From: Octopus bimaculoides
Taxonomy: Eukaryota
DNA: 53,427 bases
Assembly: GCF_001194135.2 (NCBI RefSeq)
Contig: NC_068982.1
Span: 100,222,201-100,275,627 of the forward strand
Direction: 5' to 3'
In this document: one piece after another, positions 11,308 to 23,375 of the stretch
How positions within the stretch are numbered: the stretch's first letter is position 1
How the letters are laid out: each line of letters starts with the position of its first letter
Notes under the pieces: generated by a model
Told to the model about the DNA's origin: nothing
Databases searched by the model: none
What the model saw: only the letters and a program-made list of their open reading frames with translations
Translations under genes and position numbers: made by a program

Positions 11308-11537
11308 ATTTCTTTATTGCCCACAAGGGGCTGAACACATAGGGGACAAACAAGGACAGACAAGGGGATTAAGTCGATTGTATCGACTCCAGGTCGCAAC
11401 TGGTACTTATTTAATCGATCCCGAAAGGATGAAAGGTAAAGTCGACTTCGGCGGAATTTGAACTCAGAACATAAAGACAGACGAAATACCGCTAAGCATT
11501 TCGCCCGGCGTGCTAACGTTTCTGCCTGCTCACCGCC
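11308..11537 (-). mobile_element. tRNA-derived SINE (Meta/MESC-like core, from memory)
   Basis: Head GGCGGTGAGCAGGCAGAAACGTTAGC, B-box-like GAGTTCAAATTCC, core CCTTTCATCCTTTCGGGATCGATTAAATAAGTACCAG, tail ending CAATAAAGAAAT. Confidence 0.85.
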
Positions 11538-11655
11538 TTTATACACACACACACACACACACACGTAAATTTATATTATTATATGCATATAGATACTAAT
11601 ATGAATCGTCGATACGTATACGAATATACATACATACATACATACNNNNNNNNNN

Positions 11656-11693
<38 letters not shown>

Positions 11694-11917
11694 GTACATT
11701 ATGTATGTATATTTGTATATGTGTGTATACCGAAACTGCAAAGACGTCTCGACTGAAGATTGGAAACTCCGTATGCCCCGTCCTTATTTTTTCCTGTCCT
11801 TTTTGGTATCACCTACTCTCCGAATGTTTTGTTGTCACCTGTTATGTTCTTGTTCCATTTCTTTGTTTTGATTTTTTTTATATATATATACATATAGCAG
11901 CATATGCACTTACTTAT

Positions 11918-12245
11918 GGATATGCTATCTTTTGGAGAGGCCTACCTAAGGGTCAGTGTAGAGAATCTGGTGTTGGGTTTGCTCTCAAGAATACATTGGT
12001 ATACTCCATTGCAGAGCTTCCAAGTGGTATATCTGAACGGATCATGTCATGCCGTATTAAACTGACAAAAGGTCGGTTTCTTACCGTTATCAGTAGTAAT
12101 GCACCAAGAATGTTGCATTCTGATGAAACTGTATGACAGTTTTATGATGATCTAGCGCAATTATTGAGAAAAGTACCAATTTCTGACAAGCTGGTCATAT
12201 TGGGAGATTTCAATGCAAGAGTTGGAAAGGACTATGCAGAAGTTT
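11918..12245 (+). mobile_element. LINE apurinic-type endonuclease fragment (RTE-like)
   Basis: GYAIFWRG..ESGVGFAL..ERIM..NAP..FYDDL..LVILGDFNARVG with one internal stop at 12134-12136. Confidence 0.85.
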
Positions 12246-13577
12246 GAATATGAGTGCCTTGGCCAGGTTCTAAATATGGATGATCCAGAAAGATTAAACT
12301 AAAAATTTGTTCAAAGTAATACTCAACACAGCTCTTAAATTTGATCAAATATAAAATTTTAATGACAAATGTAAATTTTTAAATAATATGGGTAATTTAA
12401 GAAACCAAGTTAAAAACAATTGAAGCAAACACTAATATAAGGGCTTTTTTTTAATTGGAACAGAATCTGAACAAATTGTGAAATATCTTTATTCCATTAA
12501 CTTCATGATGATAAAAAATTATGTAAGTGTAACGAATATTCTCCATAGAATTACAGAAAATTAGCAAAAGAGATGATGAAAAACTTGTTACATACTGCCT
12601 CGTTTTTTGTGTTTGTTTTTATCTGTTTTCAAGTTGATTTCTTAAACTTACCCTATGTTATTTCTAAGTTAATAGGTTAAGCTAAGATACCAAGAAATAT
12701 AATGATATTAGTGGTTGTGATTTCTTCGTTGGAATAGATTTTGAAAAAGATACATCTTCAGGAGTTGTAAAGTTTTCAATAGGAGCCGTTAGAGTCATCA
12801 TGAGTATGTTATGACCAAATCTGTGAGTCGCATTAAAAATAATGTTAACGATACCCCAGGTGAGAGAAGTGTAACGATGGAATTTGTTATGTGTAGATGC
12901 ATCAGAGAAATGATTGGAGAATAATATTATTGATTTTCAAGATGGCAATTTATTAAGTTGATTATTAAATTAGTTGTTAAAACATATGTATAAAGTTGTT
13001 TGTGCGTACAAAGCTTGTTTGTAATCTCCAGTCCATTCTGTACGATAGTTAGTTCCATCTCGGTGGCTGCTAGCGAGAAAGACAAAGCAATCGGAATGTA
13101 TACAGGTAGAAAAAATAACAGTTGTGTTCTGGCGTTCATGGCAGTACATACCTGAAGTGAGCAAAATAGCCATGCTCTTTGACTGGAGACATGTCAACCG
13201 CAAAAAGAAAGAGAAAGCTCGTTCCTCAGCCACACGCCATATGTCCGAAAGACGATGAGAGCAATTTGGATTATGTATTTATATTTTTGCTAATTTAATT
13301 TGGTCAACCGAGAACAATAGGGTTCTACTTCTAAATCGGCTTTGACCGAGGAATGTCCCGAAAAAGGTCATTCTCATTAATCTTTCAGTGCAGAAAGGCT
13401 AAGACAATGGACCAAGAACTTGTTTCGCAATGTTGAAAATTGTAGATTCGCTTTCGAATCTTAGCTTAGGTATTCTGTAACTGTTCGTTAAAGAAGCTTT
13501 TATAAACTAAAGCTTATAAAAACATTGTCGTGTTGTTACTTACTCACTATTGTTGTGGGGTCGTGATGTTGGATGTG

Positions 13578-14480
13578 TACGAAGGCTGACCAAGATATGC
13601 ACATGGGATGTGATCAAATGAGGTTTATTTTTCAACATAGGCTCCCTTGTGGTCTCTATATTTCTGCTTTCGGTGTTGCAGTGCTTGGATCCCATTGGTG
13701 AAGCTTTCATCCTTTCGCTCAAAAAGTCATTAGCAGCAGATATGACGACATCATTACTGCGATTCTGGTTACCAGCCCAGTATTTTTTCATGTTAGGGAA
13801 CTGATGGGCCGAATCGGGAGAATAGGATGAATGATCAGCCAACTCAAAGACCCTTTCATCAGTTTTCCTGTCCTTTGATTTGATAGTCTTTTGCAACTAC
13901 CTCAGTAGTGGCCCTTTTGAAGATAGTTAATAAACACAATGCTTTTCATCCCTCAAAACTGAGGCTATCATCTTCCCTGCAGATGAAACTACCTTGGCCT
14001 TCTTTAGAGCAGGTGAAGAGGGGTGTTTTCACTGCATAGATTGTCTCTTTGTCTCTGGCTCGAAGTGATGTATCCAACACTCATCATGGCTTAGGAAACA
14101 TTCAAGGAATCTGCCTCAAACATTGTTAGATTTTACCGTGATGTGATCAGACTGGTGCGCTTTTGATCAGGTGTCAGAAGGCGTGCACTCAATGGGCAGA
14201 AAGTTTCGTCATGCCAAATTTATTGTATAGAATACTCTCAACTCTCTCACAGAATATGCTAATAGCATTAGCAATTTGATTTGTAGTCAGTTGCCTGTCA
14301 TCCATCACCATGCGGTGAACACAATTAATGTTTTCCTCAGTGGTGGAAGTTGCAGGACGTCCAGACCGTGGGGTCATCTTCAAGACTCTCTCTTCCCCTC
14401 CTAAATTCAGCTTCCCACTTCTGCACTGTTGATGAACATTGTTGTGTGTTCTAGCTGTCAGCGTGAATAATAAACGAAGT
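13578..14480 (-). mobile_element. Decayed mariner-family transposon
   Basis: Minus-strand blocks PRSGRPATSTTEENI..DRQLTT..KLSAH and HSSYSPDSA..FPNMKK..VISA. A TIR-like TACGAAGGCTGACC lies at 13578. The opposite TIR was not found. Confidence 0.85.
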
Positions 14481-14822
14481 AAATTCACGAACTTTTAAGA
14501 TTTATTGATGGACATGATTTAGTGTGTTGGTTATCTAGTAAAGAAAGATGTAGGTAAAATAACCACAGGTCGGGGAGGAGAGAAACGCGTTGTATCTTGA
14601 AGGTTATCCGTGGACCATCGTGTGTGAGCATCCAAAGTCGTTTGTTGCTCGAAGTTGTCTTCCCGAGTGCCCAAGTTGTCTGCATGAGTACCCAAGGGGA
14701 TCTGCCTTCTGTCAGTGCCTGAGATTGCCTTCATTGCGAGTTCGGCACCAAACTATCTAAGCAGGGTAAAAAGGAGATGAATTTTAGATCATCCAAGAAA
14801 CCATATCACGCCACATCTTCAC

Positions 14823-14855
14823 GTTGATTGGTCGATTTATAAATCAATCACGTGG
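14823..14855. promoter_or_regulatory. Palindromic CCAAT-like pair plus E-box
   Basis: TGATTGGTCGATTTATAAATCAATCACGTG: ATTGG, a perfect 12-bp palindrome GATTTATAAATC, and CACGTG. Confidence 0.25.
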
Positions 14856-15194
14856 AACTGTAGCGGCTTACTCGTAATCCCTAACAGAATATTTTGTGGT
14901 TGGGGTTCAAATCCCAACAATATATTTATTTATAGTCGTCTATGACACAGAGTAGATGAAATTCTTTGGCAATTTTGTCATTAGAGAATAAACTTGTAAA
15001 CAAGCTACACGTAGAAAATGCCATGAAAACATTTGCATTTCAAAAGCTAAGCAAAGATGTTTTTATTAAGAAAATGTGTGTTTATTTAGCATCCACTTAA
15101 CATATTTTGAAATTTATTTGGATTTAGATATCTAGTTTTTGTGTTTGATTTTCATTGCTTTCTAATTTATTCATATTAAACATATCATTCGATT

Positions 15195-15315
15195 TACTCT
15201 TACTCTCTTTTACTTGTTTCAGTCATTTGACTGCAGCCATGCTGGAGCACCGCCTTTAGTCGAGCAAATCGACCCCAGGACTTATTCTTTGGATGCCTAG
15301 TACTTATTCTATCGA
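15195..15315 (-). mobile_element. SINE 3' half with (AAGAGT)n tail
   Basis: Reverse complement of AGAATAAGTCCTGGGGTCGATTTGCTCGACTAAAGGCGGTGCTCCAGCATGGC..GACTGAAACAAGTAAAAGAG. Confidence 0.85.
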
Positions 15316-15409
15316 TTTATTTTCTTTTGTATTATGAATACAGCATATTTGATTGTAAATATTAATCAACCATCAGACTGAGTTTGATCTTGGATTTATG
15401 TCATATATT

Positions 15410-16440
15410 ACTAGAATGAAAAATGTGGACGCAGAATCCTAGAATATTCTTAAGTATTGAACCTGGGAAAGTACAGAACAAGTTGTAATTAAGCCCGGAA
15501 AATAACTTTAAAATATTCTTTTCTACTGTAGGCACAGGGCCCAACATTTTGGGGGAGAAGCCAGTCAATTAGATCGACCCCAGTACGCAACTGGTACTTA
15601 ATTTATCGACCCCGAAAGGATGAAAGGCAAAGTCGATCTCAGTGGAATTTGAACTCAGAACATAAAGACAGACAAAATACCACTAAGCATTTCACTCAGC
15701 GTGCTAACGTTTCTGCCAGCTCGCCACCTTAAAATATTGCTGTTGAAATTAAAATTTAGAAACTAAAATAGTAATAAATGCATTCTATATTTTAATTTTT
15801 ACTTAAAAGTTTAAATTAGAATACTCAAGAAGCTATTTATTTTCAATTTTAGTGAAAAGATCAATTGCCTGTAAGTTTACTCATTAANNNNNNNNNNNNN
15901 NNNNNNNNNNNNNNNNNNNNNNNNNNNNNNNNNNNNNNNNNNNNNNNNNNNNNNNNNNNNNNNNNNNNNNNNNNNNNNNNNNNNNNNNNNNNNNNNNNNN
16001 NNNNNNNNNNNNNNNNNNCATATATTCTACATGAGATTAATTTTATAAAACAATATCTGTGATTTAAAATTTTTGAATAATGAGTTTTGTTAAGAAAAAA
16101 TTTTTTTAATAATATAATAATAGAAATAAGTCAGAAATATTTTAGCTTAATACAAAGAAATTTTAAAATCAAAAATAGTAACTTGTTTTTAAAAATTGCT
16201 ATAAAAACATGAAAAATATAAAAAACACAACAGACCACATAGTATTTCATGAACAATTTCAGAAATCTATTTAGCAAATTCCAACTTCAGCAGCAATATT
16301 TTAAGTTTTTTTTTTCTTCTTATTCTGTACTTTTCCAGGCTTAATTACTGTTTGTTCTGTACTTTCCCAGGTTTAATACTTAAGAATATTCTAGGATTCT
16401 GCACCAATATTTTTCATTCTAGTCTACTTTTTTTCCAGGC
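15410..16440. mobile_element. Foldback/MITE family A, copy 2 (left arm interrupted by a SINE)
   Basis: ACTAGAATGAAAAAT..AATATTCTTAAG..CCTGGGAAAGTACAGAAC is inverted against 16290-16423. Shares arm motifs with 1530-2050. Confidence 0.75.
15518..15728 (-). mobile_element. tRNA-derived SINE with 10-bp target-site duplication
   Basis: Same head and core as 11308-11537. TTAAAATATT occurs at 15508-15517 and 15729-15738. Confidence 0.9.
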
Positions 16441-16749
16441 AATGCTTCTATTATTATAATTGAGAAAATGACACTATTGTAAATATTTTTTAAATACAGG
16501 TTTTGTTCAAACTTAGAAATTTCGTTTGCACATTAAATTAACAAAGGATTAATAGTAGCATATCTGTTACAAATAAATATATATTTTTAAACAATTTATA
16601 TTCTAATAAAATGATTAATAATTAGTTCTTTTTCGTGAGTGAAATTTTCTGTTATGATATGTTTTTAATAAGTACATGATTTAATATATTAACAAAAGAA
16701 TAAAAATTAATATGAAATCGCAAAAAGTCATAACTTAATATTTTTAGAT

Positions 16750-17480
16750 AGGATTTTCTCCAAAATATTCCTCTGGATCAACTCTTTCATATAAGTTCAA
16801 TATCTTCAAATTATCTTTCTTGTAAAAAGGCAAAAGTATTTTGATTTCTTAAAATTATCACCATTTTTTTTGTCACTTAAATCCAAACAATAGTTTCCAT
16901 AGCTAATATTTTTTGACAAGGTTTTCACCATCCCCTTAGAAATCTAGGTTTTCAAAATTTCCCTAGAAAATGGGGAAAAGATGGGTAAAACACCACAACA
17001 GAGGACCAAACTCATACCACTCAAGCACCAGTTAAGCATGTTGCACTATTAAGCTAAAGTGACATAACATCAGGTGCTGCCTTTTATAATGTTAAATATC
17101 TTAACATTACAAAAGTATTTTAATTTGTCAAAATCATCACCCAGATTTTATTATTTTTTTTGTTACTTAAAGCCACAGCACATTTTGTATAGCAAATATT
17201 TTTTGGTGAGGTTTTCACCATTAGATTCATTTCATGGAGCTATTTCATTTGAACACAACTGTTGTACAATTTTCTTCAATATTGAGATATTTCAATTCAA
17301 AGTCAACTTGGAGGGTGGGTTACTTACCATTTTTTCATCTCTTAGAGCCATACAACTTCTTTTCTAGCAAATACTTTTTAATACAGTTTTCACCAAAATA
17401 TTCTTCTCAATGTGCACATTCTTTTAAATTCAATTAACCGATATTTTTCTTTTAAAATAACCAAGATATTTTGATTCAAA
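16750..17480. repeat. Degenerate ~180 bp-period repeats, probably DNA-transposon subterminal
   Basis: Recurring TAGC(T/A)AATA(T/C)TTTTT..GTTTTCACCA at about 16900, 17190 and 17367, and TTCAAAGTCAA at about 17296 and 17476. Confidence 0.4.
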
Positions 17481-17624
17481 GTCAATTTGTCTCCTTTTTG
17501 TCTCCTTACTATCACCTTTTTGACCTCACATATTTAGACTAACTTTTTTAATGAATCCATTTTTAATTATCTGATTTCAAAGTGTAGCTGAAGACTGGAC
17601 CACCATTGCTAAAAAAACTGCATT

Positions 17625-17972
17625 CAATTTGGGCAAGTGTCTTCTACTATAGCCTCAGGCCGACCAAAGCCTTGTGAGTGGATTTGGTTGACGAAAACTG
17701 AAAGAAGCCTGTCGTATATATGTATATATACATATATATGTATGTGTGTGTATATGTATGTGTGTGTATATGTTTGTGTGTTTGTCCCCGCAACATCAGT
17801 TGACAACCAATGCTGGTGTGTTTACGTCACCGTAACTTAGCTGTTTGGAAAAAAAGACCGATTGAATCAGTACTAGGCTTACAAAGAATAAGTCCTGGGG
17901 TCGATTTGCTTGACTAAAGGCGGTGCTCTAGCAAAGGCCACAGTCAAATGTCTGAAACGAGTAAAAGAGTAA
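17625..17972 (+). mobile_element. Composite SINE (CORE-like half, microsatellite spacer, AAGAGT-tail half), 5'-truncated
   Basis: TTGGGCAAGTGTCTTCTACTATAGCC..GAAAGAAGCC, (TA/TG)n, then the GGGGTCGATTTGC..GACTAAAGGCGGTGCT tail. Confidence 0.85.
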
Positions 17973-19090
17973 GGGTATTCAATGTTCACTAAAAAAAAAA
18001 AATAATAATAATGTATTCAAATTAAAGATATATATATTGTGTCTATACTAGACATCGTTACTCCAGCCCATTGAAACATATATTCAGTGTTTGCTCAGAA
18101 GAAAAAAAAAATTTATTCAAATAAAAAATAGGTGCATGTAAACCAAACACCCTGTAACTCTCCCATTAATCAGTGTAATAAAATTGAATTAAAACCAGTT
18201 NNNNNNNNNNNNNNNNNNNNNNNNNNNNNNNNNNNNNNNNNNNNNNNNNNNNNNNNNNNNNNNNNNNNNNNNNNNNNNNNNNNNNNNNNNNNNNNNNNNN
18301 NNNNNNNNNNNNNNNNNNNNNNNNNNNNNNNNNNNNNNNNNNNNNNNNNNNNNNNNNNNNNNNNNNNNNNNNNNNNNNNNNNNNNNNNNNNNNNNNNNNN
18401 NNNNNNNNNNNNNNNNNNNNNNNNNNNNNNNNNNNNNNNNNNNNNNNNNTATATATATATATATATATTGGAAGGTTTGGAGGTGATGTACAGCAATTAT
18501 ATTATAGAAAAAATTAAGGTACTCAGAAATCTGGATGGTTGTACATTTACAGATTTTTATTAATATGTCACATGTTTTATAAATCATATAAAGCGCTTTT
18601 AACCTAATCTTGTAGGATTTTCAAATTTTTGATTTCACCTTGCGATGCCGTCTCTTTGTATAGTTTTATTGAGTGTGTAGGGGTGGAGAGAGAGATATAT
18701 AGGATAGTAAGAGAGGGTGAGAAATGGAGGGAAAAATGAGAGAGAGAGAGAGAGTGTGTGTGTGTGTCTTTTTGTGTGTGTGAGTGTTTGTTTTTTTGTG
18801 TTGTTGTGTTTGTATGTGTGCGTGTGTGTGTGCCTGTGTATCTGAAAGGAGTGTCAATGGGAAAGAGAAAAGAAAAAAATTGTGTTTATAGCTGGTCAGT
18901 TCTTTCAATGATAAGTTTATTCTATATATATATATCAATACATATATTTTAAATTCGTTTAGGTAATGGTAGGGGTATGCAAATAAAGTTCCTATTTCAT
19001 TATGCTGGCTACCGTATAATGATACTAACTAGTGAGTCAGATTTTCAGGGTGGCATCATGGTTATACCAATATAATGTGGGATAAATATT

Positions 19091-19482
19091 ATAATAACAA
19101 TGATACCAGGATGGAATTAATAAATATTTAATACATTGCTACATACGTTTCCATAAATCAGATGATTTTGACATCAGAGTTGGTATCCTTGGGATTAGTA
19201 CAGTATAGTCTGTATTATTTGTTGGGATCAGCATTGATCCATTTCATCAGGCTAGATTGGCCTTCATACTGGCAAGAAGGGATAATCATCCCTCTGTGAT
19301 TCATCCAATTATAAAGTATCACCTGAAGAAATGGATTAATGATGATACCCACAGATAATATGGACTATACTGTACTAATCCCAAGGATACTGACTCAGAT
19401 GTCAAAATCATCTGATTTGTGGAAACGTATGTAGCGATGTACTATATATTTATAAAGTCCATCCTGGTATTATTGTTATTAT
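19091..19482. mobile_element. Foldback family B: ~160 bp inverted arms with ~70 bp spacer
   Basis: 19091-19251 matches the reverse complement of 19322-19482 (for example GCTACATACGTTTCC / GGAAACGTATGTAGC and CCTTGGGATTAGTACAGTATAGTC / GACTATACTGTACTAATCCCAAGG). Confidence 0.85.
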
Positions 19483-19683
19483 TATTATTATACATATATG
19501 TACACACACACATACAAACACAAATATGAACACATGTATGTGCATGTGTGTGTGTGTGTATACACAGAGAGTATGTTACCTAGAGGGTTCGTGGCAGATA
19601 GTCTGAGAGAAGGTTGAATGAGTGAGAGAAAGATGAGCAAGAGGAAAGGTAGGAAAAAGAAAATATACAAGGAAAGAAGGAAG

Positions 19684-19725
<42 letters not shown>

Positions 19726-20623
19726 TATAAAACTTACTTGGAGGCAATGCGTGGCGTTCGATCATATAATAACATAAATAATATATAATTATATGCATAT
19801 ATCTATACATATATGTACATACCGACATCTATATGTATACATACAAGCATATATGGGTACAGGACATCACAAAAAACGTTAAACACAATGAGAAAAGNNN
19901 NNNNNNNNNNNNNNNNNNNNNNNNNNNNNNNNNNNNNNNNNNNNNNNNNNNNNNNNNNNNNNNNNNNNNNNNNNNNNNNNNNNNNNNNNNNNNNNNNNNN
20001 NNNNNNNNNNNNNNNNNNNNNNNNNNNNNNNNNNNNNNNNNNNNNNNNNNNNNNNNNNNNNNNNNNNNNNNNNNNNNNNNNNNNNNNNNNNNNNNNNNNN
20101 NNNNNNNNNNNNNNNNNNNNNNNNNNNNNNNNNNNNNNNNNNNNNNNNNNNNNNNNNNNNNNNNNNNNNNNNNNNNNNNNNNNNNNNNNNNNNNNNNNNN
20201 NNNNNNNNNNNNNNNNNNNNNNNNNNNNNNNNNNNNNNNNNNNNNNNNNNNNNNNNNNNNNNNNNNNNNNNNNNNNNNNNNNNNNNNNNNNNNNNNNNNN
20301 NNNNNNNNNNNNNNNNNNNNNNNNNNNNNNNNNNNNNNNNNNNNNNNNNNNNNNNNNNNNNNNNNNNNNNNNNNNNNNNNNNNNNNNNNNNNNNNNNNNN
20401 NNNNNNNNNNNNNNNNNNNNNNNNNNNNNNNNNNNNNNNNNNNNNNNNNNNNNNNNNNNNNNNNNNNNNNNNNNNNNNNNNNNNNNNNNNNNNNNNNNNN
20501 NNNNNNNNNNNNNNNNNNNNNNNNNNNNNNNNNNNNNNNNNNNNNNNNNNNNNNNNNNNNNNNNNNNNNNNNNNNNNNNNNNNNNNNNNNNNNNNNNNNN
20601 NNNNNNNNNNNNNNNNNNNNNNN

Positions 20624-20915
20624 CGAGCAAGATCGTTGCTAGTGCCCCTGGACTGGCTTGTGTGGGTGGCACATAAAAGACACCATTTTGAGCGTGGCCG
20701 TTGCCAGTATCGCCTGACTGGCCTTCGTGCAGGTGACACGTAAAAGCACCTACTACACTCTCTGAGTGGTTGGCGTTAGGAAGGGCATCCAGCTGTAGAA
20801 ACTCTGCCAAATTTAGATTGGAGCCTGGTGTTGCCATCTGGTTTCACCAGTCCTCAGTCAAATCGTCCAACCCATGCTAGCATGGAAAGCGGACGTTAAA
20901 CGATGATGATGATGA
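20624..20915 (+). mobile_element. RTE LINE 3'UTR (5' part in gap)
   Basis: Hairpin-array units and the terminal GCATGGAAAGCGGACGTTAAACGATGATGATG. Confidence 0.9.
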
Positions 20916-20927
20916 TATATATATATA

Positions 20928-22232
20928 TACAAGGTGGTATCAAACGTTTCAAGGATTAGTTCTGTAGCACACTAACAGATGGTAGTAAACAGTTGCATGC
21001 ACAGTGAGAGCTAGCAGTGACTTTCATGAGTCAGTGTCCTGAGTGACATTGCTGTGTTTACTTTACAAGTTGTGAAATTTGCGTTTTTGTGATCACGTGT
21101 ATGCTGTAGTTAGCAATTTTGTCATGGCCAGGAAGTTGGAACAAAGAGCCAATATGAAATTTTGCCTTAAATTTGGGAAGCCTGCTACAGAGACACTGAG
21201 CATGCATCAGCAAGTTTACGGCAATGAGGCAATGGATCATACACAATGTTTGAATAGCATGGATGCTTCAAAATTGGAAGAATGTCTCAGGAAGATGATG
21301 AGCTGCCATGAGCATCACCCTCAGAATGGAGGACCTGCCACGAGCATCACCCTTGGAATGTGAAGAAAATTCATCAGCTTGTGCATAAGGATCATTGGAG
21401 AACAATCAACGACATTGCTGATGTTGTTGGCCTGTTGTATTGGTTCGTGCAGGCAACCTTCAAATCTGAATTGAATATGCGGTGTGTCTCTACCAAGTCT
21501 GCCCCTGCCTGCTGACCACTGAGAAGAAAGAACATTGCGTTGAAGTCTGTCAAGATCTCTGTCAGTGTGCTGCTGACGACCCACGCTTCATGTCGCAGAT
21601 CATCACCAGTGATGTGAGTTGCATCTATGGGCATGACTCTGAGACAAAGCAGCAGTTGTCACAATGGATGATGCCTTCCTCTCCACAACTGAAGAAGGCA
21701 CAACAGAGCTGCAGCTCAATCAAGAGCATGCTAATCCTTTTTCCTGACATCCGTGGTATTGTGCATCAAGAATTCATTTCCCAGGGCCATGCCATCAATC
21801 GAGAGTTCTGCCACATCTTGAAGCATTTAAGGGAGGATATTCGGTGAAAGCAATTGAATCTGTGGGGCACAAAGAATTGGATTCTTCACAACGACAATGC
21901 ACCCCGTCACCAAGCTCTCTTCGCTCATGAGTTTCCCATCAAAAACATGGTATCACTTCCACACTCACCCTATTCACCAGATTTAGCACCTGTGGATTCC
22001 CATCTCTTCCTCAAGATGAAAATGCAGCTCAAAGGTCACTGTTCTAACACAGCTTTGTCAAGATACTCAACTCCCTCATGGAAAATGACTTCCAGGCCAG
22101 GCTCCAAAAGTGACAGGAATACTGAGACTGTGCAAGATGACTATTTTGAAGGAGATGGTGATAAAACTTAGGTAAATAAGTCGTATTTTTATTAAGCATA
22201 ACAATCCGAGAATTTTTAGTTACCACCTCGTG
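20928..22232 (+). mobile_element. Near full-length decayed mariner transposon
   Basis: LEQRANMKFC..KPATETL, IITSDVSCIYGHDSETKQQ, LHNDNAPRH and HSPYSPDLAP, spread over several frames. Imperfect TIRs TACAAGGTGGTATCAAA (20928) and TTTAGTTACCACCTCGTG (to 22232). Confidence 0.9.
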
Positions 22233-22249
22233 CACATATATATATATAT

Positions 22250-22408
22250 ATTGTGTAGTAAGTAGCTTGCTTACCAACCACATGGTTCTGGGTTCAGTCC
22301 CACTACGTGGCATCTTGGGCAAGTGTCTTCTACTATAGCCTCGGGCCGACCAAAGCCTTGTGAGTGGATTTGGTAGACGGAAACTGAAAGAAGCCCGTCG
22401 TATATATG

Positions 22409-22447
<39 letters not shown>

Positions 22448-22645
22448 TTGTCCCCCCAACATCGCTTGACAACCGATGCTGGTGTGTTTACATCCCCCGT
22501 AACTTAGCGGTTCGGCAAAAGAGACCGATTGAATCAGTACTAGGCTTACAAAGAATAAGTCCTGGGGTCGATTTGCTCGACTAAAGGCGGTGCTCCAGCA
22601 TGGCCGCAGTCAAATGACTGAAACAAGTAAAAGAGTAAAAGAGTA
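22250..22645 (+). mobile_element. Composite tRNA/CORE-like SINE with (AAGAGT)n tail
   Basis: GGGTTCAGTCCC B-box-like motif, CTTGGGCAAGT core, (TA)n(TG)n spacer, tail GACTGAAACAAGTAAAAGAGTAAAAGAGT. Confidence 0.9.
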
Positions 22646-23293
22646 ATATAGGAGGAATAGGAAGTGGCATCAAAAGTATCAAATACACACACACACACAC
22701 ACACATGCATAACTTGCATTTCAAACCTCCTGTACAGTTATCAACTACCATATGCCACCATACAGTAGGAATACTCCTTTACATGATATACATGTGGAAA
22801 TCCGTTAGTGTGTGCAGAATTTGTATAAAAATTTACAAGACAAGAAGATGGAATGAAGGGACTTTGATCACAAGTCACAATAATTGTTTCTGTGCATTGA
22901 TAACAACTGTTAGTTGCTGATTTTTTTCCATATCATACTATTACATAAATATTATATAAATAGATATGATCCACTTGCAGCTGTGTACCCACACATCATC
23001 AGGTGAGTTGCTTTGTGAGCACTACTAGATCATGTCCAGTTTCTCATTGTTTTATACCATACTCTGTTTTCAGCATTCCCTCTAAACTGAGTAACATATA
23101 GATTCAGATAGGCATAAGCCATCAAAGAATACAAAATGAGGTAAAAACCAAAATATGTAAATTACAAAACAATTAAACTGAAATTAGCCAGTGGAAAGCA
23201 GCTGCTACCAATGTACAGAAATTATATTGCGATTAGTGTTTAAAGCCTGTTCATTTAATCTTGTTTTGTAAATTTATACACACATGTACACAG

Positions 23294-23375
23294 AGAGAGA
23301 GAGAGAGAGAAAAAGAGAGAGAGAGAGAGAAAAAGAGAGAGAGAGAGAGAGAAAAAGAGAGAGAGAGAGAGAGAG
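23294..23375. repeat. (GA)n microsatellite with AAAA interruptions
   Basis: Direct reading. Confidence 0.95.

Noticed and set aside
11730-11780. Hammerhead ribozyme at CTGAAGATTGGAAAC
   Set aside because: Only 3 nt between the core halves and no helix I pairing.
12927-13270. Minus-strand ORFs with a CAG|GTATGT donor
   Set aside because: No recognisable protein motif or acceptor; could not be tied to a gene.
22981-23002. 22-nt micro-exon between TTGCAG and GTGAGT
   Set aside because: Weak pyrimidine tract and no neighbouring exons to link.
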